From Takakia lepidozioides (Eukaryota; Plantae; Bryophyta): a stretch of 64,000 bases of DNA. The stretch spans positions 51,522,001 to 51,586,000 of the forward strand of contig CM060731.1 of assembly GCA_030704615.1 (NCBI GenBank), written 5' to 3'. Both the position numbers and the translations under genes were made by a program. Under the pieces are notes generated by a model, which searched no databases, was not told the DNA's origin, and was given only the letters and a program-made list of their open reading frames with translations. Within the stretch, counting starts at the first letter, position 1. Each line of letters opens with the position of its first letter. Shown piece after piece: positions 13,901 to 26,500 of this stretch.

Positions 13901-14335
13901 GGAAGGTGGACACCATGATGACAGGTGGATTGAACCCACAACCACTCGTGAGAGGGTATGTGCCCTTACCACTCGGCTACATGCTGGTTGTCGAGGCACC
14001 CAGAAGAAAGGACCAGTCAATGTTGTCAAATGCTTTTTCGAAATCAAGCATTAGCAAAGCCAAGGGTTGATCCGATTCATAAGCCTGGTTGCAAGGCTTC
14101 AATGGTGAGAAGGATGTTGTCTAGAATCATCCGATTTTTCATGAAACTTGTTTGCTCCGGCCTAACAAGCTTATGCAGAAAGGGCTGCAATCTCAGGCCA
14201 GGGCTTTGGCAATTATTTTATCGGTAGAGTTCAAAAGAGTAATAGGCCTAGTATAGTTATAAGTGATACGATCCCTCTCACCTTTTTTGAAAATCAATGC
14301 TATGACTCCTTGGGACAATTGAGAAGGCATAATGC
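10920..14335 (-). mobile_element. Degenerate 5'-truncated L1-clade LINE (ORF2 RT plus C-terminal zinc knuckle) with an internally inverted segment and a SINE insertion
   Basis: RT motifs GVIALIFKKG..RPITLLNS..KIIAKALA, LYADDT and SGLKVNWSKS. The 3' part is similar to 38050-39300. Segment ~12790-13210 reads on the + strand. Confidence 0.85.
13826..13992 (-). mobile_element. tRNA-derived SINE, copy 2, inserted in the LINE RT
   Basis: A box TAGCCGAGTGG, B box GGTTCAATCC, T-tail. Imperfect TSD aggcaccYagaa at 13816-13827 and 13994-14005. Interrupts the LINE motif DWSFLLGA/LQKLGF. Confidence 0.85.
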
Positions 14336-14349
14336 CTTTGTCTATTAAG

Positions 14350-15800
14350 TAACTGCTGTAGTGTGGACTGAAGGGGAATGTGGAGGCCAAATTCCCTTGG
14401 GTGATAATGTCAGGCCTATGGACTTTTTCAATTTTCGGCCGATGTATGTCATGCGAAAAATTTGCAGGATTACAAACATATATGTCTAGACTCCATGGGA
14501 AGACGGAAGGGGGGGAATAAGCTGGTACCCTTTGGTTGTGAAGGAATTGAGGGCACGGTTGGCTCTCCATATCCTCATGGGTGTGAAAGAACTCCCTGAT
14601 AGACGACTATACTAAAAAGAGGACTCTTATTCTTCAAGTGTCATTATATAGTTCGTCTCATGAGCCGCAACAGGTGGGAGGCAATCTTGTGATGCCTCCA
14701 CCTTATTGGTAATGAGACTGTTGTGGTGGACAGTGGACAACCTGGTTTTGACAAATTTGCTAAGACACATTGGTTGAGAGAGTGTCAAAACTCCATGAGA
14801 TTGTATGCCAAATTCTATCACCCCGAAGTACAAAATTTTGTGTGGATGAGATGATGGTGAAGTATAAAGGGAAGTACAGCAGAATCCAACAATATATGGC
14901 CAAAAAACCTATCAATGGGAAATTAAGATATGGTGTTTGGCTGATGCCTTGTCTGACAAGGTATATTGAGAAGATGGAAATGTACTTGGGGAAAGACGAC
15001 GCGATGGACTTGACCCATTGGATGGGTTACTCGGTAGTTAGTCGTCTTGTTTCTGGCTTTGAAGGTATGGATAATTTCCTTACCAGCCCTGTTCTATTCT
15101 TTGATTTGGCTGGCAAAGGTATTTATGTCACTCACACACCCAAAACTATCAGAGTTGGATGTCCAATTTGCTTGGATTTGGGGAGTACCAATGGTGAGAG
15201 GAGGAGGCTGTAATGGACTCGGATGCACATTTTAGGGAAGAATATGATAACTTTGGTATGGTGTATGATAAGAAATGTGTTCATTTGCTTTCTACTAGTG
15301 TGAATCCTACTGATGATAATTGTTTTGTTAGCCGCTGGCACAATGGTACAAACATCTTGTGCCCACCTCTCCTCTTCTGAAACACTACAAACAGCATATA
15401 AAGGGAGTAGATGTCCAAGACCGATTGCGGGGGTACTACAGTATACAAACCCGTGACCACAAGTAGTGGCATAGGTTGTACTTCCATTCAGTGAACATCA
15501 GCTTGGTCAATGGGTACATCATTTACTTGGAATTCATGAGATCCAAGGGTCGGTTGCCACGATCCCACCTCCTCTTTAATCTGGAAGTTGATAATGGTTT
15601 AATTGAACGGTGGGTTGGTCCTAGGAGAACAATGATGCGAGGGGCATCTGTACCAAATCCTGGAGCAATGCACTTCTCCCTTAGGAACCTTAAGTATGAG
15701 AAGAAAATGTGTCTAGCGTGATGCAAGACAGAAAGGTATTTATGCACCATGTGTGCCCCTCTGTTTGGGGGCCTGTTTTGTTGCCCTTCACAATGCTGTA
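14350..15800 (+). mobile_element. Pseudogenised piggyBac-like (PGBD / DDE_Tnp_1_7) transposase
   Basis: Ordered motifs PMDFF..ICRITNIY, ILMGVKELP, MSRNRWEAIL*CLHL, FDKFAK, CVDEMMVKYKG..QYMAKKP, MDNFLTSPVLF, NISLVNGYIIY and a C-terminal Cys-rich region. Many stops and frameshifts. Confidence 0.8.
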
Positions 15801-17575
15801 ATGTAATTGGCTTGAGACATGTGGACTAACTGTCATTGGTTGTTTGCTGCTGCAGAGAGACGACTGGTGGTATAAAAGAGGGGGAACCCTCCACACACTT
15901 TTCATATCACATTGTGGTGTTATGTCTATGCTTCAATCCACTCACTTATCTAGGTGTTAGTGCTATATGCTTGGGCTAGCTTTGAAGAGGACTTACTAGT
16001 GGTGCAGGTTGGTTAGAGAGTCGCTTGCCAGATAGATGGATGTTGGTCCTCTTGTGGTATAGTTGGTTAGGGAGTCGCTTGGATAGATGGCTCTTGGTCA
16101 TTGTTTGTAGTCTTCGTTAGTGAGGCTGGTGCAAACAGCTGGTCAATAAGGCTTACGCTTCTGGTATTTGCTGGATACATTGTGTGCAGGTTGTTGGATA
16201 CTTTACCTCAATGTTGGGCTGATGCAATAGGTTTTGGTACATGATGTTGGGCAGGTTAGCAACAAATTACTTTCGTAAGAGTTGGCTGGGGGGGGTTTCC
16301 TTCCTTGTGTTCATATATGGACTGCCGAGGGGGTAGTATTATGGGTTCAAATCCCACCCATAGAGGAAATATTTGAGAGCCATTCACAGAATGAATAAGA
16401 TGGCATTCAAAGCAACAAAAGCCCGCTGTGTAAAGAAGCCTACAAGAACAAAATGCCTTTTATTTTCAGAGCACAATTTTGAATTACACAGTCAACCCCA
16501 TTCAACTATCGATGAATGCATCCAAAGATCTCTAACTTGTAAACCGAGCTAAATGAATGTATTTGTGGGCAGTATTCTTGTTCGTTTCTCTATGTAGCGG
16601 CAGCCAAAGCTGCAAGAAAGATGATTGAGGTAAATCCGATCAAATAGGATAAGCGATAAAAATGGACTTTACAATAAGCAAACCATCTGGTGAGAGTTCG
16701 ATAAGGAGTCATTGTTTTGGTCATATTAAAGAATAAGGAATGGAAGAACATGGATTTGCTCTCACTAAACATGAAATCTGACATCTTTTGCATGGGTGTA
16801 GTGTGATGAGTGCCAAATCCAAAGTCAGGCTGAAGGAGGAATTGTGGGAGCATTAAGAGAAACTAGAGTAAGACCAGTAAGGTTGGATTGGAGAAAAACA
16901 GAATGTATGATAGCAAACCCCCATACCTGAGCAAAAAGACAAACGTAGCCTGGACATGGCACTCGATCACGGGCAGGAAAGGGATTTTGCTGGGAGGAAG
17001 AGAGTCATGTTGGGGTGGTTTAGAGGTTTAGAGCATTTCGGATGTCGGATACTACTGAAACATCTAACTCATTTGCAATTTGCATACAATTTCCATAGAT
17101 TTTGAAACTGCAGCAGCAGCTGATGCTCAAGTCTCTTTCACTCTGGACAGCTTTGACAACTGCGAGGGCCACCGCAGCCTCCACTGTTCCCCAGAATGAC
17201 CATATCTTAGGGAGGGTAAAACAAATACCTTGTTGAAAATGTATTATTTTATCCCATTGGTGTTCAAAACTTTAAAGTTCCTTCCAGAACTGCGATGAGT
17301 AACCCATGTATTGAAGGGCAGGGAATCAAATTATGTGCCTTCAAGAGAGTATTTACATGCTAGGAAAGCAGGGCTATGGGGCTTCACCATTGCTCCACAG
17401 TCCAGCTTCGGTATTTGTGTCCTCTACATGTCCGTAGCATATGACTTTCCAATGAAAATTTGGGAAATTTCTCACTAAAGGGAGGAGAGGGGGAGGATGG
17501 GCTTGCCCAAGTAGAATGAGTAATCGCACACAGCTCCTTAGTAGCTACCTACCCTACACTACAGTACCATCCCTC

Positions 17576-20500
17576 TCAACCAAAACCAAAGCCTTCACTG
17601 GCCTCATGTATAGCCAACAGCAGCCGTTCCTGCAGCTGCTCTTTAGAAGCGTACTCTGGTAGATCCAGTTGGTTGAAGCTGCACCATAATTTCCAAACCA
17701 CAGTAGAACCCACATCCATCAGAGGCACACAGGTGGGAAATATAAGAGAGGGTTCGAGTTTCAAGCAACACATGAGGGTTGAACACAGTTTTTCTTATCT
17801 CTGTGATCTAGGATTCCTCCTTACCTGTATCACTCACCAGTCCAGAGAACACTGCCACACGGGTGACTGTCTCGCACAAACTACAAATACACGTAGCTTG
17901 ATGGAAACCTTAACCCAAAAGTCAAACAAGTATAAATCCCCAATTACATAAGTGAAATTAAGAATTTTGGGTGGATCCTAGTTCCTGAACTGCAACAGAC
18001 AAGGATACATTGGATATGGGGAAATATGTAGGCATTGACCAATTCGGTTAACTACCTTTCAAACATCAGTGACGTAAACGAAATTTTTCAATCCATACTT
18101 CCTTGAGCTGAATGATTTTGGTTGCGATTTACTAATTGACAATAGAAATGAGTTCCAACAACTCACCAAATTCCTATGGACACCTCCATCATCCATTTCA
18201 CAAGCACAACAAAGAAAGGTTCAGCATTTCATGAACTCACCAGGTGTGAGCAGAGGGTAAGCGCTCTGGAGCCCCATAAGCCTTATGGATCTGAAAGCGT
18301 TGCGGACCTGATATGCCTTGCAATGCCCGGAACCCCTCTAGAGGCACCTGTTTCCAATATCACATTCTTTCTGTTTAGCGTACATCCCAGAAATAGAGAA
18401 AAGAAAGTCTCCCTCACCCCCTCTCTCACCAGACCCCAAATACATTGTACAAACCGGTCATTATAAAAACGAATGGTCTACCGAACTAAGAATCTGAGCA
18501 TAACTCCATTGAGATTCAGATCTTATGAAGCGAGTTAGAAAGCCCACCTTGGACGTGCCAGTGATAAACTGCAGGAGGCGGGCCATATCCTCCTTGCTAA
18601 ATGAAAGCACCACATCCCAAAACCACTGGACCACTGGTGATGCTGCTGTGTAACCTGTATACTCTGTATTGGCCTTCAAGTCCTCCACTGCCACAAAGTA
18701 CATCAGATGGGGTGTGAGACAACTCCCAGGGGTTGCCGTATTTCCAGCAGTTCCACCACAGTACTTGATCAGCCAGACCATTTCTATTCATGCATCTCTC
18801 TCTCTCTCAGAAATATATATGCCTGCTCTGTCAACGGCCTTCTCTGGAAGGTCACAGTATACCTCATCTACAACTGAATACTTCCCTTTGTATCAGAGCT
18901 GAATCACCATGAAATGCTTTGATTGATAGTGCAAGATCTAAGAGCATGAGGCAACACAAGGGACTCATCTTTGCATTGACACTAAACTACGCATTTGCTC
19001 CTGCTGCATTGCTTCTAAGGACATGAAAGTGACAGGGAAACCTTTTTCCTGTGACTTGCCTATCTCGTGCATCTGATTGCAACTTAGAACACCCTACATC
19101 TGGCTTTTTGTATCGAGACAGATTGGGTGTGACGGTTGGTTGGTGCCTAAGCCAGGCTGTTAGATATCCACAAACATACGTGGTCACAGCACGTCGTGTT
19201 TTGTGTTTCCTTCTCTGCTATGTATAGTTCTCTTTTCTTTTCTGGAAGTTCTAACTTACAGTCGATTTCGGGAAGGCCACTAATGAGAAGCTCCAGCTCC
19301 TTGTCATTGAAGATGGAGATGACCTCCCGAGCCACCAACTCATTGAAGCCCTCCAAAAATGCCGTGATCTGTGGTCGGATTGCTGTGGTCAAGCGATGCT
19401 CTGCCACTAGGTCGACATATTCATGTTTGTTCTCTTCTGTCACCCGTATGTTGCGGCCGCCCGATGTCAGCTCATAATCCGTCACCTGTAAACGGAATAA
19501 CACAGAGGCACACATAAGTATCATTCACAACCACAAGAAGCAACGATGCTAGTGACTTAGGTCTTGAGTGCATGATGGTTATAGACACCTGAGATGAGTA
19601 CAATGACTGCAAAGAGAGCATGCACGCTTTTCTGGGATTTTCCTCACACAACCAACTGTCTCAACTTATCCCACAGAATGCTTGCTGGGCACTAAGCCAT
19701 AACCACATAGCTACATACATATACATGAAGTTGCTGATACTGGTACGCAAGCCTCGTAGCAAAACAAACCACAAAGACAGTTGCAGCAAAGTAGTACCTC
19801 TGTCTTTTCATACAGGATGTGCTTCTCCTCATCCGCATCCATGCTAAACGTCAGATCCAATATGTCACTAATGTCATTCTGCAAAACAAATCCGTCAGCC
19901 AACACTTCCTGACCATGTCGCCATGCACTTATCTGTCTCCAACATAAATTTAGTGGTTATAAGTCCAGAAGCTGATTGTATCATAGCTGCCCACTTTTTT
20001 TTTCAATGAGCACATGTATCTAAAACTTGCTTCCAAGATCAACACAAATCCTGATAGGTGATCATCTGCAGGTAATGTCTCTCTGCAATTTGACTTCATG
20101 CCTAGAGCTGTATCGCTGAGGGAAAAGAGTCAGATTTGCTCCAAAATCTACTCCGTAAGAGTTTTCTTACCATGGATTAAATCAAGGACAAGGGAACTAT
20201 CCCCATTCGGACAAAAACGCAAAGAAACATTTACCTCCAGCATCCACTTGAGATTCTTGTAGTAGTCAGGATCGATGGCCTCAATATCGTGATAGGTCAC
20301 TTTCACCCCCAAAATGTGCTTGTAGAAAGACCGAGTGAAATACACGTCCAGCAGTTGCCCATCAAACAACGCCTTGGCCACCTAATATGTCATCCACATC
20401 AAAGGCCCACACCACTTGAGTCATCTTTCTCAATGTTACCTAGATAACATCAGTACACAATTGTGTGATTACTGGCACATGCTATTAAATGGTAGTTCCC

Positions 20501-23500
20501 AGGAGGCATACAGTGAAACCACAGCTTGGTCTCACAGAACATAACTATCGAATAACAAGTTTGAGGGATCTAACAGAAGCATATATATGCTACCGAAAAA
20601 AAATAGCTGCACTAACCTCGTGGCAGGGAAGAAGGAAAGAAAGTTATTACACCAACAAGGAAAATAACAAAGAAACTTCAGAATATCCAGAAGACAAAGT
20701 AGAATGACAAGAAACCACTTCAGAAAACCACATGAGATAGACAGATGGAGAAGGAGGCATGCGTACCACACGACCAACAAACTTGAAGTAGGATAAATGC
20801 TCAGTCTGATACACTGAGTTGGGATTGGGCTGGAATGTAGATTCGTTTCCAACTGTGGTGAAGAGTAGGGCACCCTTGTCAAATGTTACACGTGACAGCA
20901 GCTGGTACCATTCTCTTGTCAATCCACCAGCATCAATGCCTTCCTCCCCTTGAAACTGGACCGTGAGCCGGCCCTTCAGCTCCTCAGGAGTGCGCATGCG
21001 TAGCTGGTTATATGAGTCTTCAAGCACATATGCACGCCTTACACAGATACGGAGGGGAGCGTAGTGCTGCTGCTCATGCTGCTGCCGGATCCGGGACCGA
21101 AAGTATGCACGCTTGTTGTCGAAGTCAATGAGTCGCGGCGTCTTCAACAAGAGGCAAAGAGACTTCTCAAGCAGGCCTGGGTTTTGGCGCACAAATGCAT
21201 TCAGTAGGCGCCTGTGCTTGTCTGCAAACCGCATAAATGTCATTCCTTTCTCGCCCTCAAGCTTCTTCAGATGCAAAGAGGGTGGGGACCGTGGGGTTAA
21301 AGCCAGGTCTGATGAGGAAGATGCTGAAGCCTCCTTGATCTCGCGTGCTGTTGCGCTATTGGGTTCCTGATGTCCAGCTGGAGCAGGCCCTGCCCGCAAC
21401 TTTTCACAAAAAAAAAAGAAGGCTTCCACAAACGGCAACACCTTTTGTGTCCCAGGAGGGAGAGGGGGGGGCACACTTGCAGCCCCTGTGCCAACAGCTG
21501 TGGCAGCTGCTGCTGCTGCAGCACTATTTGATGGAGCTGAAAGTGTAGAAGTATTGCCCAAACGCCCTTCAATCTTTCCCACACACACACTCAAACCATA
21601 CCATAAAATCTCAAGCACCCCATTCAGCTCCCTCACCACCATCATGCCCTCTTCCTGTTCCTTGTCTCCCAATACTACAGTATCTAGCTCTTTCTCCTTC
21701 TCAATCCCACCAAGTGAGGTCAGGGCGCTTAGAGCTTGAAGAACCCGTAGGATTGCAGCCCCTGCCATGGACGTTGTGCTTACAGCACCAGTATCCGCAT
21801 CTCCCAAACTATGCAGTTCCTCGACAGCAGGGCCGCTGAGCAGGCGTGCCGCATCAGCCAATTCAGAAACAAACAGGCGTCGGTGAGGGGTGGCTGCAGT
21901 TGCCAACTTTTTCAATACCTCTGACACTCGTGAATAAGCCATGTCTGACAAACTGCACAAGAAGTTATGCTTTTAGTACCAAATCACAGAAATAGCTGGC
22001 GTCCCTTAATGAACCAGAACTGCAGGTGTAGACATGCATATCGTTGAGGCTAGTCAACCTAAGTGCCCTGCAAGCAAACCTAAAATACATCTCTTGCACC
22101 CTCATCTCTCTGACTTCGACAAGCACAACAGTCTAAGGAAATTAAGTGACAGACTCACCCTTCCCGTGCTAATAGTTTGCACAGATTACGCAGCTCCGGC
22201 TCTGGTAGGCTGAGGAGAACAGCAGCTGCATCCAATTTATGATCTGAGCCTGAAGTTGAAGGCTCTACCTCTTCCCCACTGACGGCCCCTGCATCTCTAG
22301 AAACATCTGGCCTAGGTGCTTCTGTCTCAATGCTAGCACCCACCAGATTTTGTTCATTCCTTGCAGCTTCAGTACTCTCACCAGGTGTGGCAGGTGCTGT
22401 CTCGGGCTGAGAAGCAGCTGCCTCACCAACTGAAGGGGCATCCACCCCACCTGAGGGACCAATGATTGCTGCTGGGGGTTTGGCCTCAGCTTTCGCCTTA
22501 GTCTTAACTTCCACCTTCACACCTGCACTGCTCGTCACCACTTCCAGCAAACCCATGACCTGCCACATTGTTCCAGAGTAAATGCAAATTCTGTGACAGC
22601 CTGTACCTTATCAACCAGTATTGCAGTGCCACAATAGAGTCTGCAAACTAGCCTCCCTGCACAAAACAGTAGTACCTCTATGGATACAAAATCAAACCCA
22701 CATATGGTGAACTAAACCAAACTCGTTAACCCACAAAGAATCAATCAATAGCACGCAAACCAACCATGAACACTAGGCATGCTTCAAAGCACAAGTGAGA
22801 ACCATATAGAACATACCTGCTCCAAATGTGCACTGCTCAGAGAGTAAAGTGGCTGGTTCAAGAGCTTTAGCAGCAATATAAGTGGAATCTCGCCGTCGGG
22901 CTTGGGCACTTGCATTGCCTCGAAGGTGCTTGGTCCATCAACCAACTTAGCTTTTCCCTTTTCCTTAGCCTTCTCAGGGGAAGCCTCCAAGGCCACTGAT
23001 GATGAAGGTCCCAATGGTTCCAAATGCAGTAGCAAGCTGGCCACAAGGGAATGGTTGCGGGCTAAATAGATCAAAATTTCCAACACACGCCGCGAGACCA
23101 GCGGCGGAACTCCTGCAGGCACACCATTCAACCACAAAGATCATCAAATATAGGAGAACTCTAAAAGTGTCTCCAACCCAAGTGCAACAATCCAGGTCGC
23201 AAAGGCTTCCATGGACCACCAAAGACCTAGTAACACTTCCTGACAACTTAAAAGCCTCCACACAGACAAGCTCCTTAGGTAGACAAACAAACCCCTAAAC
23301 ATTCAACGTACCATCAGACAACTTGGAGCGAGCATAGACAACGTTCCACTGGCATCCGTACAAACGCTGGGACGGGGCACCATCAGCTGATGCCGTCCCC
23401 ATGGAGACGCCCTCGGCTTCTGGACGCAGCATATCCAACAAAAGATGCAGCAATGTTACACGTGTCACACTATGTGCGCACAAATTCAGGAGTAACCGTT

Positions 23501-26500
23501 GGAGCAGTCCCTTTACTAGCGGCTGCAAGCAGAAAAATGTCCCATGAATAAGATAAACCAGTAGTACTTCCTGTCAATTAACCTTGCCATCTGTCAAACA
23601 AGAACCTCAAACTATGAGATAACAATTTGCGGATGATCAGCAGCTAAGGTGTAATAATAAGAAGTCCAAGATATAGTTCTCTACAATAAGCATGAACCTT
23701 GAAGGAGTAATATAACAAGGCATAGAATGTGTCTAGAGCATACAATTCCATTACAATCAAACAATAACAACACCAATGAACAGAGCAGCTACAAATTTTG
23801 AGAACACGACACAATGTCAGAAAGCAAAGCATGCTGTCCTTTGTTCACTGTAAATAGGATTGTACGACAACAATCAAGCTGCAACAAGTTGAAGAGCAGT
23901 GAATATAAAGTCACTCCTTTCAAGCCAGAGTCTACCCCAAAAGCTGTAAACAAACGGAAGGATAGCCTAGTCCCTCCTGCCTCCCAACAGACTCCCTACC
24001 TGGGCGAGTCGCAGAAGGCGAAGCATTGCCTTCAAAGCAACAGTGTCCACAAGAGGTTTGCCTTCGGCCTCCTTTATCCTGGTAGTGGTACTGAGAGCAA
24101 CAGGTCTGCGGCCCACCGTGATCCCTGCTCCAGCTCCTACTCCTCGATCCATGGCTGCTGTACCCGTTCCTGCACCCACTCCGAAAGTGTTTCGCCGGTG
24201 GGCTATACGATGTGCTCCCCCACCAAAAAGACCACGTGCTTGGTACTGGTTCATTGCCCGCTCCCTTAGCAGTTGGGCTTCAGCAAGCAGTGCTGGTGGG
24301 AGAGCAGCCAATACTGCCTCTGATGATGTCAGGAGCACCTGTGGTTCACGACAGAATATAGAGGTGATTTAGATTAGGAAGCAAAACTTGTAGACGAAAG
24401 AGAAACAGCATATGAGATGGTGGCACTAACATACTATTGCCACTCTTTGCACCAATGATCCGTCAATGATTAGAAACTGGGAAGTGCCAACCTCCTCCCG
24501 AAGCTCCGCAGGGAATGTGGCAATAATGGAGGCACTGTCCATATCGACAGGCTGCCCTTCTATTTGATGTGCTTGCACTGCCCGCTGTGCCCGCTGCTGC
24601 GCCAACACCTCTGCCTGAATGTCAGGGGGCAGGGCTGCCAAAAACTCTGGGTCAATATCCTCCGCAGGAGGAGGTGGGGGATTAGGAGGTCTCACAGCCT
24701 GGGTTTGCTGGGATGCTAAGACCTCTGCACGAAGGTCCGCAGGTAGTGCTTCAAGGAATGTCGGATCAATTGAATTGATACTCGCATCTCCACCTTCCTG
24801 TTGCCTACTAGGAACCTGCCCAGAGAGGTCAGTCTCTTGCCCAGCAGTTGCAACTATATCCACTTGTACTCTGAGGAGACCTGCCTGCCTCTCTGCATCG
24901 TCCCCTGGTTGACCAGCAGTTCCCCCACCCTCCATATCTTCGTCTGTATCCCCCCCTTGGTCTCCTCTTCTTTCACTACCTACACCTCTGTCAACTGCAC
25001 TAGCTGGCTGCATTTCGGTGGCTCGTAATCGTTCGGGGCCTGTGTGCCGATCCCCTTCATCATGCCCGTCTACACTCCCTATCTCTACCTCCAAACTACG
25101 GAGGCTCTCACCAACTGTAGCTCCACTTCCACTGCTATCTTGGCTACCAGCCTCAGTATCACGAGCTACACGTTCACTCCTCTCATCGTGCATTTGAACA
25201 TCCAAATCAGCACCAGCTCGGTTGCCAGCTAGATCCTCTGTCCCCAACCCGCCTATTTCACCCCCATTATTTGCCAATCGTAGACCACCTACGGAGCTAT
25301 CAGTCCCACCCTCCACATTGGCTGGTTCAAGAGCTGCTGCGTTTCTACTACCCTGCCGTTCATTCATACTGCTCTCAGTGACCCGACCGGCAGTGTCTGG
25401 TTCAACTCCTTCAATCATATTGTCTGCCGCATCTGCACACCTTGCATCTGCGGCATCGATGCTGGTAGGTTTTCTTGCATCAGCTTCCGGATGGGTAGGT
25501 GGGGCTTCATCCCCAGGTACAAGGATCTGCAAATGGGAGATAAACTGCTCTTCGATGGCTTGTGCCACTGCTGCAGCATGTGCACCTGCCTGTGGCTGGC
25601 CATCATCAGTCCAGCTACTCAAACGGCCGTCACTCCGCCCACCTCGTCGTCCCATGAGATAGACGGGGTCCATTGAAAAGTCAAGCAGAGGAGGGGGGAC
25701 CACACCTACCCCCCTTTCCCCAAAGAGTCCATCAGCATGCTCTGCCAACATTGGCGCATCATACATATAAAAATGGGTGACATCCAGGGCACCACCCCCA
25801 AGCATTGCTTCTGCGTCCCGAGCAATGCTGCTGGTACTTGGCCAAAGAGAGCTGCTTGTTATTGCTGCAGCCGACCCTGGGCCTGGTGTTGAAGATGGGC
25901 GTGTGAGCAGAGGATGATGAAAAGCCCCTCCCCGCTCCCCACTAGGTCGTTCAGGGAATGGCCGATAAGTGGCAGTACGACGCCGGTCAGTGCCTCCTGG
26001 TCGCCGGAAAGATCCAAAGACATCATCAATATTCATACCCTGAAATGGATCTCCTGGAAAATCGACCATACCAGGACCTGTGTGGCCCAGCACCTGCATC
26101 AAATACTCATTGAAATCAGTAGTTTACTAAACTAGGGATGTGATATTTGCAATGTAAAGCCATATGACTGCAAAAGATCCAACAACAGGGTTGCTTACAG
26201 GACATGTATCAATGTGAGAGCCTCGTACTGAACCAACAGTATACTGCAATCTCACCAATCTCTGCACATTCCTTCAACAAGTGTGCTCCAACATATATAA
26301 TAAAAATGCTGCATTATGCCAAAGAAAGAAGACAACCACCTGGACATGATTAACCCCTGTTAGCCCGTCCCGCCATCGCACTTCAATCACCCGATCCTCC
26401 CGCCAGTCATCATCCTCATCCTCTTCCTCCACCATATCCTCCTCATACTCGTCACCAAGTCCATTGTCTTCGTGATCCTCAACATCAGTGTCAGGGGGTG

